From Flavobacterium sp. (GTDB lineage: Bacteria; Bacteroidota; Bacteroidia; Flavobacteriales; Flavobacteriaceae): a DNA stretch of 64,000 nucleotides. Position numbers and translations under genes: made by a program. The stretch lies in assembly GCA_015234525.1 (NCBI GenBank), contig JADGMX010000017.1, forward strand, positions 7,910 to 71,909, written 5' to 3'. Under the pieces are notes generated by a model. It saw only the letters and a list, made by a program, of their open reading frames with translations, ran no database searches and was not told the DNA's origin. Of the stretch, positions 18,773-28,440 are shown one piece after another. Within the stretch, counting starts at the first letter, position 1, and every line of letters starts with the position of its first letter.

Positions 18773-18926
18773 GTGTGGTGCAAATATACAACCGTTTTTT
18801 AACTACCGCAAGGGTTCAGCGAAAAAAAAATACAATATTTCTAATTATGTAACACAATGCCGAAAAGGTGTAACAGTTTGCTCCCGCTCGTATTTGACAT
18901 TTGCAAACTACCAAAATCAAAAACTA

Positions 18927-19418
18927 ATGCCATCCAAAATCGTAGAAGAATGTGTCGATAGATTAGTCAACAGCGGATTACAAATCGTATTTGCCGAAAG
19001 CGTTACCGCCGGCAGAATCGCATCCGAATTCTCATTGGTAATGGAATCAGGATCGATCTTACTCGGAAGCGTCGTTTCATACGACCCGCGCGTTAAAAGT
19101 CAGATTCTGAAAGTACCTCAGCAACTGCTTGAAAAACATACGCCGGAATCTGCTGAAGTTACCCGCGCTATGGCAAACGGCTTACGTGATTTGATCGAAA
19201 GCGACATTTATGTCGCTGTAACCGGACTTGCTTCGCCTGGCGGAAGTGAAACTCCTGAAAAGCCCATAGGAACCGCGTTTATCCATATCGTCATGCCGGA
19301 TCAGGAAGTTGCGCATCGCGAAGTTTTCGACGGTGAGCCGGAAGAAGTCGTTTTAAAAATAATCGACAAAACAAGCCAACTGATCACGCAACATATACCC
19401 ACTCTTAAAAATTTATAA
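18927..19418 (+). CDS. CinA-family nicotinamide-nucleotide amidohydrolase domain protein (PncC-like)
   Basis: IVFAESVTAGRIASEF, VTGLASPGG and GTAFI motifs. ATG at 18927 is preferred over TTG at 18894. Confidence 0.8.
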   Translation: MPSKIVEECVDRLVNSGLQIVFAESVTAGRIASEFSLVMESGSILLGSVVSYDPRVKSQILKVPQQLLEKHTPESAEVTRAMANGLRDLIESDIYVAVTGLASPGGSETPEKPIGTAFIHIVMPDQEVAHREVFDGEPEEVVLKIIDKTSQLITQHIPTLKNL

Positions 19419-19423
19419 CAATC

Positions 19424-19849
19424 ATGGCCGACAATAAAAGAATAACTTGCTTGCTGATCGACGATGATATTGACGATCAAGAACTCTTTGCTCACGCACT
19501 CAAACATTTAGATGTGTCGGTCGACTTCGTGACGGCCAACGATGGCGTACACGCGATCGACAAAATAAAAACCGACTCGAATTTCAATCCGTACTTCATT
19601 TTTATCGACGTAAACATGCCGAGAATGAACGGAATTGAATGCCTGGTCGAGATCAAGAAGATCTCAAAAGTCAAAAATACGCCCGTCTACCTCTACTCGA
19701 CCTATGGCGACCCAGATACGATTAGTCAGGGTAAAAAACTTGGGGCAGTCGACTTACTCGTTAAAGCAAACAACATGAAGGAGTTAGAACAAACCCTGGC
19801 CGGAATTCTAACTACCAAAACCACCGAACACAAGTCAGACATCGATTAA
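19424..19849 (+). CDS. Stand-alone response-regulator receiver protein (REC-4)
   Basis: LLIDDDIDD, FIDVNMPRMNG, LLVKAN. It lacks the C-terminal (I/F)DW motif of the other four. Confidence 0.88.
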   Translation: MADNKRITCLLIDDDIDDQELFAHALKHLDVSVDFVTANDGVHAIDKIKTDSNFNPYFIFIDVNMPRMNGIECLVEIKKISKVKNTPVYLYSTYGDPDTISQGKKLGAVDLLVKANNMKELEQTLAGILTTKTTEHKSDID

Positions 19850-19876
19850 TAGCCTCGCGGTGAAATAACAGTATTT

Positions 19877-19900
19877 TTTTTATGTAGCTTTACATAAAAA
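19877..19900. other. Perfect 10-bp inverted repeat between REC-4 and REC-5
   Basis: TTTTTATGTA-gctt-TACATAAAAA, ending 9 nt upstream of the REC-5 ATG. Confidence 0.5.
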
Positions 19901-19909
19901 TTCATCGTA

Positions 19910-20353
19910 ATGGACCGCGCAAAAATCAAGGTTTTACTCGCAGATGATGATCCGGATGACAGGGATTTATTTACCGAAGCAGTCAATGAGCACAATGCTG
20001 ATATTCAGACTGCCGGTAATGGCGCGCAACTAATGACATTGCTTTTGGAAACGTCAGAATTCCCGGATTTTATTTTCCTGGATCTGAACATGCCTGAAAA
20101 AAGCGGCAAAGAATGTTTGCAGGAAATCCGTCAGCACCCAAAACTTAAGGACATTCCGGTGATTATCTATTCGACTTCCTCGAGCAAAAAGGATATCGAC
20201 GACACCTATTCTTTAGGCGCAAATCTCTATATCACCAAACCAAATTCATTTTCGGAACTTCGCAATACGGTGCGCGAGATCTTGTCGATTGATTGGAAAC
20301 AACGCGAACAAAAAGTTGCAAAAAAACAATACGTGTTTGCGATTTCTGAGTAG
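19910..20353 (+). CDS. Stand-alone response-regulator receiver protein (REC-5)
   Basis: LLADDDPDD, FLDLNMPEKSG, YITKPN, C-terminal SIDW. Confidence 0.88.
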   Translation: MDRAKIKVLLADDDPDDRDLFTEAVNEHNADIQTAGNGAQLMTLLLETSEFPDFIFLDLNMPEKSGKECLQEIRQHPKLKDIPVIIYSTSSSKKDIDDTYSLGANLYITKPNSFSELRNTVREILSIDWKQREQKVAKKQYVFAISE

Positions 20354-20454
20354 CTTTTTCCTGCTGTCCGCTTTATCTTTTTTGCCCCTTTTTGGTTCTT
20401 TTGAAATTTGTTCTACAAAGCAAAAAAGGATGCTCGCTCCCATCAGGGCTAGGG
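20352..20454 (-). repeat. Intergenic repeat, long-loop variant (copy 5)
   Basis: Its reverse complement reads CCCTAGCCCTGATGGGAGCGAGCATCCTTTTTT-...-AAAAAAGATAAAGCGGACAGCAGGAAAAAGCT. It overlaps the REC-5 stop codon. Confidence 0.85.
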
Positions 20455-20534
20455 ATTTGTTGATTACGCTGAACGCTACAATGCATTAAACAACCAAAGA
20501 TTTTCAGCCATTTTACCCTTACTGCTAAGAAAGG

Positions 20535-20653
20535 TTGCGTTAGGGATGGCAGCGATATCCTTTTTTGAGGCCACGAAAAAAAGATAAAGCGAACAGCCCG
20601 GCGCCGACCGCAAGCTTCAATGTTTGCAGTTCGTTTGTTTCGGCGCAACGCCC
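20535..20653 (+). repeat. Intergenic repeat (copy 6) with an internal insertion
   Basis: TTGCGTTAGGGATGGCAGCGATATCCTTTTTT-gaggccacg-AAAAAAAGATAAAGCGAACAGCCCGGCGCCGACC...CGGCGCAACGCCC. Confidence 0.85.
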
Positions 20654-20787
20654 AAATCATAACATAAATATTGCAACTTTATAAAAAAATTATGTAAAGG
20701 CTTTTTCGCGAAATCAAGTCATCTTTGAAGTTGAATTCAGTACGGATTTTCTTTCATAGACATCCTACCTTACAGCGCCTAGCATCC

Positions 20788-23700
20788 ATGAACAAAAAAG
20801 TACCCGCGTCTCTCAAAAAAATATTAAAAGTCGTCTTGTGGATTGTCGGCGTGGTGATCGCACTTCTTTTGCTGATCGTCATTTTGATCCAAATTCCCGC
20901 GGTTCAGAATTTCGCCAAAGATAAAGCTGTCGCTTTTCTGCAAGAAAAAATAAAAACCAGGGTTGAGGTCGACGAACTTTCGATCGGATTTCCCAAAAAA
21001 GTCATTCTGCGTGGCGTCTATTTCGAAAGTCAGCAAAAAGATACGTTGCTTGCCGGACGTGAACTTGCCGTTGATATTTCGATGTTTAAACTGCTGTCAA
21101 ACCAACTTGAATTAAACTCGATCGAACTCAACGGAATTGTGGCAAACATCAAACGCGACAAAGATTCGGTGTTCAATTTCGATTATATCATTGATGCTTT
21201 TGCCAGTGATGAGCCAAAAGCGGAAGATTCCGGCGAATCGATGCGGATTTCGGTTACCGACGTCATTCTTGACAATGTCAGACTGAATTACGACGACGCG
21301 ATTACCAAAAATAAAGTAGCGGTCAACCTTACCCATTTCGATACGAAGTTCCGAACTTTCGATCTCGACAAGATGAAATTCAACGTCCCGAACATTCATC
21401 TCGACGGACTTAAAGTCTTACTTGACCAAGGACTTGTTGAAGAAATTGCGGAAACCTCGGTTGAAGTTGCCGATACCATCTCCAAACGACCCGATTTCGA
21501 TCTGACTCTTGGTGAAATTCAGCTTTCCCGCATTTCCATTGCTTATGACAACGTGGGAACGCACCTGAATACCGGAATTTCTCTCGGAAAATTGTTGGTT
21601 CAGTTTAACAAGATCAATGTTGCCGACCAACTGATCGATGTAAAAAACCTCGAAATAAAGGCATTGAAAGGGAATCTCGCGTTTGGCAAAAACGAGAAAA
21701 TCAAGGTTCCTGAAACCGATACAACTGCCATTAAAAAAGGCTGGCGTTTGCGGCTTGATAAAACTGATATTGCTGATGTAAATTTTAAATTCGACGATGA
21801 TAATTCGCCCACTCAAGCTCGTGGGGTCGACTATGCGCATTTAGACATCACTGATTTCAACTTAAAAGCTGAGAATATTCTGTATTCGACTGATACGATT
21901 TCGGGATCAATTCAGGATTTCCGTGTTAAAGATAAAAGCGGATTGCACATTCAGCAGCTTGAAACCGACTTCTTTTATGGAAGTCGCGGTGCGTATTTGA
22001 AAGACTTGATTTTGCGCACGCCGCAAACCGTATTGAAAGACGAAATAAATGTTTCGTATCCGTCAATAGACGCAATCAGCAATGATCTGGCGAGTTTGTC
22101 GATTGATGCGGCAATTCGCGATAGTAAGATCGGGTTTAAGGACATTTTGCTTTTTGTACCGACATTGGCAGGCACAAATCCGTTTGCATCCAATCCGAAC
22201 GCGGTGTTGCATTTGAACAGCAGAATTACCGGCCGGGTTGACGACATAAGTTTTCCGATCTTACAAATTAGCGGAATTGGAAATACCGTTGTGTCGGCAC
22301 GCGGTCGAATTACCGGGCTTCCAGAAACTGACAAAGCGGTTTTTGACATTACGATAAACGATTTCAGATCGACATCGCGGGATATCGCCGCATTTGTGCC
22401 AAAAGGTACAATACCGAACAATATCAGCATTCCGCCGCAGCTTTCTCTTAGTGGAACTTTCAAAGGTGCAATCAACAATTTCGATACTGATCTTTTGTTG
22501 AAAAGCAGTTATGGAAATGCGAAGGTCGATGCGAAATTTGATCAGCGACGCAAAAATGCCGAACGATACGACGCAGACATTGCGCTTTCGGGATTTCATT
22601 TGGGGAAATTGCTCAAGAACGATTCGATTGGCCGAGTAACTTTGACCACTAAAGTTAACGGAACGGGCTTGAATCCGAAGACTGCAAATGCCAAGTTACG
22701 CGGACTTTTGAAAAGTGCGGAGTATAACAATTATACCTACCGCGACCTCAACTTTAAAGGCGATATCGCTTACGGCAAATTTAATGTGACCGCAGATATT
22801 TCTGATCCGAACCTCGATGTAAGTCTGGATGCGAGCGGTGGATTTGACGACAAATATCCGTCGGCTAAAATCAAGTTGAATGTTGACATTGCCGATTTGC
22901 AGCGATTGAATTTGCATGCGGGCCCGCTTAAAATCAGAGGTTATATGGACGCCGACATTCCGACGGCCGATCCTGACTACCTGAACGCCAACATCGCTCT
23001 ACATCACATTCAATATCTGGCCGGTGACGATCTGGTAATTCTGGATTCGATCAAAATTGTTGCCACTGCAACTCCGGATTTGAATACAATGCAAGTTCGC
23101 TCGCAAATTGTAAATGCTGATGTTGAAGGAAAATATAAATTGACTGAACTTGCAACGTCGCTTCAAAATACGATATCAAAATATTTTGATATGAATCCGG
23201 GTGCAAAGAAAACGGCAACCTCAGATCAAAACCTGACTTTCGACATGACCGTTCAGAACGATCCGGTGTTGTTCAAACTTGTTCCGCAACTTACAAGCAT
23301 GGAACCAATCAAGATCAATGGCCGATATAATAGTGTTAACGATACGTTGGTGGTCGATGCTTCGATTCCGCGTCTGACATTCGGAACAAATACGATCTCG
23401 GGAGCAAAATTGAACATCGATACAGAGGAAGACGCGCTTGTATATAATTTAAATGTTGACGGCGTTGAAAGCGGCCAAATTAAAATTCCGAACACCAGCC
23501 TGACCGGAAATGTAAGCGACAATAAAGCGACTTACAACCTAAAAATCACTGATAATGAAAACAAAGATCAGTATGTGATTGCGGGAGATTTGGCGACAGA
23601 AAATGGAAATACGCTCGTTCATCTTGATGGCGAAAATCTGACGTTGAATTATGATCAGTGGGCGCTTACCCCTGATAATGTCATCAGGTTTGGCAAAGAC

Positions 23701-25872
23701 GGAATTTACATTAACGATTTCAAACTGACCAACGACGGCAATGCGATTCAGATTCAATCGGAATCAGAAGCCAGCAACTCGCCTATCGCTGTGAATTTTA
23801 CAAATTTTGATCTCTCAACGGTTTTAAACATCGTTAATAAGGATAAACCTATTGCAGGCGGAGTTTTAAACGGCGATGTCAATTTGCGTGACTTAAACGG
23901 GTCTCCGGTTTTTACCTCGGATCTTGTTATCAGCGAATTTAAATTCCAGGGTCAGGAAATTGGTGATATTTCACTAAAAGTAAATAATCAGCAAACCGAT
24001 ACGTATGCTGCTGATGTTGCGATAACCGGTAATGGAAATCAGGTGAACTTAACCGGATTTTACAATGCCAATTCAGGTACATTTGATCTGGATTTGGATA
24101 TGGCCCGACTCAACATCGAACATGCTCAAGCTTTTGCGATGGGTCAGATTACAGATGGAGAAGGGTTTTTGTCAGGTAATATGAAAATTACGGGAACTGC
24201 GGATAATCCGAATGTTGACGGTGAATTGAATTTTAATGAGGTTGCATTGCGAGTTACCCAACTAAACTCCTTCTTTAAAAACATCAATGAAAAAATTGTG
24301 TTTAACGACCGTGGAATCAACCTTGATCGCTTTACGGTTTTAGATGAAAAGAATAACGAACTGGTTGTTAATGGCGCCGTACTTACGACCAATTACAGGG
24401 ATTACGAATTTGATTTGACCGTAGTTGCTGATAATTTCCGCGCTATAAACTCGACTGCTAAAGACAACGATTTGTATTATGGCGATTTGTTTTTAGATAC
24501 GGATTTACTTGTGAAAGGTTCGCCGGCAAGTCCGGTAGTAAGCGGAAGCCTGAAAGTTAAGGACGGCACTAACCTCAGCGTTGCACTTCCGCAAAGCGAT
24601 CCTGCTATTGCGGACCGCGAAGGAATCGTCGAGTTTGTCGATGAAGACAACGTATTGCTTCAGGAAACCATTATCATGGAAGAGACGATGAACAAAACGA
24701 ATCTTCAGGGAATGAATGTTTCAGTGGCGATTGAGATTGTGGAAGAAGCGTCATTAAACTTAATCATCGATAAAGGTAACGGCGACTTCCTAAATCTTAA
24801 GGGTGAGGCGATGTTGACCGGCGGAATCGATCCTTCTGGAAAAACAACACTTACAGGTAAATATGAATTTACCGAAGGTGCTTACGAAATGACCTTTAAC
24901 CTGCTAAAGCGACGTTTCGATATTAAGCCTGGGAGTTATATTATCTGGAATGGTGAGCCAACCGAGGCCAATGTAAATATCACGGCAATTTACCGCGTTG
25001 AGGCACCGCCAATCGATTTGTTAGGCGATCAATTAGGTGGCGTGTCGCAATCGGTTCGTAATACTTACAAGCAAAACATTCCCTTTGAAACATTGCTAAA
25101 AATGAACGGCGAATTGCTTCAGCCGGAAATCAGTTTCGACATTATCCTTCCTGAAGGTAACCACAACGTTTCATCCGATATTATCACGGCTTCAAATAAT
25201 AAACTTGAGCAGTTGCGTCAGGAACCGGCCGAATTAAACAAGCAGGTTTTTGCTTTATTGCTATTGAATAGGTTTATTGGCGAAAATCCGTTTTCAAGTG
25301 AAGCGGGATCCGGTGGTGCTGAAGCATTGGCGAGACAAAGTGTAAGCAAAATTTTGTCGCAACAACTCAACAATTTTGCAGGCGATCTAATTAAAGGTGT
25401 TGAACTTGAATTCGACCTCGAGTCGACTGAAGATTATACGACAGGAATAAAAGAAAATCGCACGGATCTCAACGTTGGACTTTCCAAACGATTGCTGAAC
25501 GACCGGCTAAAAGTTACCGTTGGAAGCAGTTTTGGACTTGAAGGAAGTGAACAGCAAGGTCGCGAGGCGAATACCATTGCAGGTGATCTGGCCGCGGATT
25601 ATCAACTGACACGTGATGGGCGTTATATGGTGAGAGCTTATCGCAAAAATGATTACCAAGTTGCATTACAAGGTCAGGTTGTTGAAACCGGAGTCGCGTT
25701 TATTCTGACAATGGATTACAATAAATTCCGCGAGCTTTTTCACACAAGTGAAGAGGAAAAAGAAATGAAACGAGAGGAACGCGCAAGAAAGAAAAGAGAA
25801 CGTGAACTTGCCAAAAAAGAAAAAGAAAACAAAGAAGAAACTGAAAATAAAACAGATGATAATGAAGAGTAA
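20788..25872 (+). CDS. TamB-like translocation and assembly module protein (DUF490/AsmA-like), about 1694 aa
   Basis: N-terminal membrane anchor (VVLWIVGVVIALLLLIVILIQIP), a very long beta-rich body and a DUF490-like C-terminal region (…GLSKRLLNDRLKVTVGSSF…YRKNDYQ). It is followed by an Omp85 partner. ATG 20788 is preferred to the TTG at 20725. Confidence 0.85.
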   Translation: MNKKVPASLKKILKVVLWIVGVVIALLLLIVILIQIPAVQNFAKDKAVAFLQEKIKTRVEVDELSIGFPKKVILRGVYFESQQKDTLLAGRELAVDISMFKLLSNQLELNSIELNGIVANIKRDKDSVFNFDYIIDAFASDEPKAEDSGESMRISVTDVILDNVRLNYDDAITKNKVAVNLTHFDTKFRTFDLDKMKFNVPNIHLDGLKVLLDQGLVEEIAETSVEVADTISKRPDFDLTLGEIQLSRISIAYDNVGTHLNTGISLGKLLVQFNKINVADQLIDVKNLEIKALKGNLAFGKNEKIKVPETDTTAIKKGWRLRLDKTDIADVNFKFDDDNSPTQARGVDYAHLDITDFNLKAENILYSTDTISGSIQDFRVKDKSGLHIQQLETDFFYGSRGAYLKDLILRTPQTVLKDEINVSYPSIDAISNDLASLSIDAAIRDSKIGFKDILLFVPTLAGTNPFASNPNAVLHLNSRITGRVDDISFPILQISGIGNTVVSARGRITGLPETDKAVFDITINDFRSTSRDIAAFVPKGTIPNNISIPPQLSLSGTFKGAINNFDTDLLLKSSYGNAKVDAKFDQRRKNAERYDADIALSGFHLGKLLKNDSIGRVTLTTKVNGTGLNPKTANAKLRGLLKSAEYNNYTYRDLNFKGDIAYGKFNVTADISDPNLDVSLDASGGFDDKYPSAKIKLNVDIADLQRLNLHAGPLKIRGYMDADIPTADPDYLNANIALHHIQYLAGDDLVILDSIKIVATATPDLNTMQVRSQIVNADVEGKYKLTELATSLQNTISKYFDMNPGAKKTATSDQNLTFDMTVQNDPVLFKLVPQLTSMEPIKINGRYNSVNDTLVVDASIPRLTFGTNTISGAKLNIDTEEDALVYNLNVDGVESGQIKIPNTSLTGNVSDNKATYNLKITDNENKDQYVIAGDLATENGNTLVHLDGENLTLNYDQWALTPDNVIRFGKDGIYINDFKLTNDGNAIQIQSESEASNSPIAVNFTNFDLSTVLNIVNKDKPIAGGVLNGDVNLRDLNGSPVFTSDLVISEFKFQGQEIGDISLKVNNQQTDTYAADVAITGNGNQVNLTGFYNANSGTFDLDLDMARLNIEHAQAFAMGQITDGEGFLSGNMKITGTADNPNVDGELNFNEVALRVTQLNSFFKNINEKIVFNDRGINLDRFTVLDEKNNELVVNGAVLTTNYRDYEFDLTVVADNFRAINSTAKDNDLYYGDLFLDTDLLVKGSPASPVVSGSLKVKDGTNLSVALPQSDPAIADREGIVEFVDEDNVLLQETIIMEETMNKTNLQGMNVSVAIEIVEEASLNLIIDKGNGDFLNLKGEAMLTGGIDPSGKTTLTGKYEFTEGAYEMTFNLLKRRFDIKPGSYIIWNGEPTEANVNITAIYRVEAPPIDLLGDQLGGVSQSVRNTYKQNIPFETLLKMNGELLQPEISFDIILPEGNHNVSSDIITASNNKLEQLRQEPAELNKQVFALLLLNRFIGENPFSSEAGSGGAEALARQSVSKILSQQLNNFAGDLIKGVELEFDLESTEDYTTGIKENRTDLNVGLSKRLLNDRLKVTVGSSFGLEGSEQQGREANTIAGDLAADYQLTRDGRYMVRAYRKNDYQVALQGQVVETGVAFILTMDYNKFRELFHTSEEEKEMKREERARKKRERELAKKEKENKEETENKTDDNEE

Positions 25873-28156
25873 AAGTCTCTCATACGGACTAATTTTGATC
25901 GTCCTGATCTGCTGGGGTTGTAGCAATACTAAGTACTTGCCCAAAGGCGAATTGCTATACGTTGGTCCAAAAGTAGAGGTTGAGGATTCTATCATAAAAC
26001 GAAAAGAGCGCAAAGCGTTGGCAAGCGAATTAAAAGGATTAGTTCGTCCTAAACCAAATTCTAAGATTTTAGGCTTAAGGCCGAAGTTGTGGATCTACAA
26101 TATTGCCGGCGAGCCAAAAAAGGAAAAGGGAATCAGACATTGGTTACGAACAAAAGTTGGTGAACCACCGGTTTTATTTAGTCAGGTTGACCTCGAATAC
26201 AATTCCAGCGTACTTCAAAATTATGCTGAAAATCGCGGGTATTTCAAAACACGCACAGAAGCTGATTCGACCAGGAGAAAGAAAAAAGCTACTGCTGATT
26301 TCAAGGTGATGCCTGGTGTTCAATATAAAATCCGCGAAGTGATTTTCCCTCAGGATTCGTCAGAAATTGCTGAGGCCATTCGACGTGCCACAAGACGTAG
26401 TGCTTTGAAAAAAGGAAATCCGTATGATCTTGATGTTATTAAGGCTGAGCGTGAGCGAATCGATTCGCGATTGAAAGAGCGTGGTTTTTACTTTTTCGGA
26501 CCTGATTATTTGCTGATTAAAGTTGACAGTACGGTTGGTAAGCACGAGGTCGATCTTCGGATGACAATCAAGCCTGAAACACCTCAACGAGCTAAAGAGA
26601 TATTTAAAATCAACGACATTTTCATCTACCCAAATTACTCGATCAAACTCGACACGGTGGTTTACAATCCAGCCGACATCACTCAACACGGCGATTTCAC
26701 CATAATCGATTCAGTTGAGACGTTTAAGCCGTTTATCTTCGACCGAACATTATACTTTAAAAAAGACGACATTTATAATCGGAAAGATCACAATTTATCA
26801 CTCAACAGATTAGTGAATATGGGACCTTTCCAATTTGTAAAGAACGAATTTCGGCTTGCTGAGGTTGAAGGAAACTATCTTGACGCGTATTACTTTTTGA
26901 CACCATCGCCAAAAAAATCAATCAGAGTTGAATTGGCGGGAAAGACCAATTCAGCTAATTATACCGGTACCGAATTAACCGTTAACTGGAGCAATCGAAA
27001 TGCCTTCAGAGGAGCGGAATTATTGCAGATTTCGGGTTTTGGCGGAATCGAAGTCCAGGTGTCAGGGCAAAATAAAGGCTTTAACGTATATAGAGTTGGA
27101 TCGGAAGCAAGTGTGATCTGGCCACGATTTATAACTCCGTTTGAGGTTCACAGCGCCAGCGGATTTGTGCCAAGGACTAAAGCAACGATCAGCTATGAAT
27201 ATCAGAATCGTGAAAAATTGTATTCGCTTAATTCGTTCCGCGGATCGTTTGGATATTTGTGGAAGGAAGATATTACTAAGGAACATCAGCTGAACGTCAC
27301 CGATATTACTTTTGTGAGCCCGACAAACGTCACCGACTTATACCGTCAACAAATTGTGGATAATCCATCACTTGAAAAAGTCATCGAAAAGCAATTGATA
27401 TTTGGTCCTTCTTACTCATATACTTTCACCAACACCATGAGAAAGCGACGCAAACACACCTTTTACTATAAAGGAAGTGTCGACTTGTCGGGAACTTTAG
27501 CCGGTTTATTTACAGGTGCAAATATCAAAAAAGGCGATACCATTAAATTATTCGATGTTCCATTTAGTCAATTTGTAAGAATTGAAAACGATTTTAGACA
27601 CTACATGCGACTTGGTCAAAATTCGTCACTAGCAAGTCGTGTCATTGTCGGTGCCGGGTTGGCATATGGAAATTCGCGAGATCTTCCCTTTATCAAGCAG
27701 TTTTTCATTGGTGGAACAAATAGCGTCCGGGCATTTCGGGCAAGATCTATCGGGCCTGGTTCGCATGATCCGCAAACAGAAGAAAATTCGTTCCTACCCG
27801 ACCAATCGGGAGATTTAAAATTTGAGTTTAACACCGAATATCGGGCTAAACTTTTCAGTGTGGTTCATGGCGCAGTTTTCCTGGATGCGGGAAATATATG
27901 GCTGCTCAACAAAAATCCTAATCAGCCGGGAGCTGAAATCAAGAAAGATTTTTTAAAGGAACTTGCGGTTGGTACCGGAGTGGGATTGCGTTTTGACTTA
28001 TCGTTTTTAGTCTTGAGGACCGATTTGGCATTTCCCCTTAGAAAACCATACCTTCCTGAAGGAGAGCGATGGGTTGGCGATGACATCAATTTTGGCAGTA
28101 GTGGATGGCGAAAGGAAAACCTCGTATTCAATTTGGCGATCGGTTATCCGTTCTAA
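25856..28156 (+). CDS. BamA/TamA-family (Omp85) outer-membrane protein, lipoprotein-type signal
   Basis: LILIVLICWGCSN lipobox-like signal. Surface-antigen beta-barrel C-terminus (FFIGGTNSVRAFRARSIGPG...LDAGNIW...FNLAIGYPF). It overlaps the tamB-like stop by 11-17 nt. Confidence 0.85.
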   Translation: MIMKSKSLSYGLILIVLICWGCSNTKYLPKGELLYVGPKVEVEDSIIKRKERKALASELKGLVRPKPNSKILGLRPKLWIYNIAGEPKKEKGIRHWLRTKVGEPPVLFSQVDLEYNSSVLQNYAENRGYFKTRTEADSTRRKKKATADFKVMPGVQYKIREVIFPQDSSEIAEAIRRATRRSALKKGNPYDLDVIKAERERIDSRLKERGFYFFGPDYLLIKVDSTVGKHEVDLRMTIKPETPQRAKEIFKINDIFIYPNYSIKLDTVVYNPADITQHGDFTIIDSVETFKPFIFDRTLYFKKDDIYNRKDHNLSLNRLVNMGPFQFVKNEFRLAEVEGNYLDAYYFLTPSPKKSIRVELAGKTNSANYTGTELTVNWSNRNAFRGAELLQISGFGGIEVQVSGQNKGFNVYRVGSEASVIWPRFITPFEVHSASGFVPRTKATISYEYQNREKLYSLNSFRGSFGYLWKEDITKEHQLNVTDITFVSPTNVTDLYRQQIVDNPSLEKVIEKQLIFGPSYSYTFTNTMRKRRKHTFYYKGSVDLSGTLAGLFTGANIKKGDTIKLFDVPFSQFVRIENDFRHYMRLGQNSSLASRVIVGAGLAYGNSRDLPFIKQFFIGGTNSVRAFRARSIGPGSHDPQTEENSFLPDQSGDLKFEFNTEYRAKLFSVVHGAVFLDAGNIWLLNKNPNQPGAEIKKDFLKELAVGTGVGLRFDLSFLVLRTDLAFPLRKPYLPEGERWVGDDINFGSSGWRKENLVFNLAIGYPF

Positions 28157-28275
28157 TTGAAATTATATAACTATTTACATTTTTAATATAAATACCAGAA
28201 GATACGGGCATAGTATCTTCGCAGTAACAGAATTAAAGGTCTGCTAAAATTCCCTCTTTAGTTAGGGGTGCGAAA

Positions 28276-28311
28276 GTGGTAAGAAATTGTAGGGATTTCT
28301 TATCACTTTTT
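28276..28311 (+). terminator. Strong intrinsic terminator about 120 nt after the Omp85 gene
   Basis: 12-bp stem GTGGTAAGAAAT-tgtaggg-ATTTCTTATCAC (one G:U) followed by T5. Confidence 0.65.
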
Positions 28312-28440
28312 AGCTTTATAACTATTTTGTAATCGTTTGATCCATCGGTTTTAAATGTAAAGAAACGCTGAAATTCTGTAACCGAATCTATGCTGATTTA
28401 TAAATCTTTGTCAAATAGATATCAATAACATTACGACACA

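Noticed and set aside
20824-25700. Many 60-170-aa antisense or out-of-frame ORFs inside long genes (tamB-like, tamA-like, ligD, ABC-F, gldM, gldK, topA, groEL, TBDR)
   Set aside because: They are shadow ORFs fully nested in well-supported genes with strong family motifs. Their sequences are low complexity or compositionally odd, and none shows a recognisable domain.
25666-26013. Minus-strand ORF with poly-Phe/Lys stretches across the tamB/tamA junction
   Set aside because: It is the reverse translation of the K/E-rich (AAG/GAA-rich) tail of the TamB-like protein, a low-complexity artefact.
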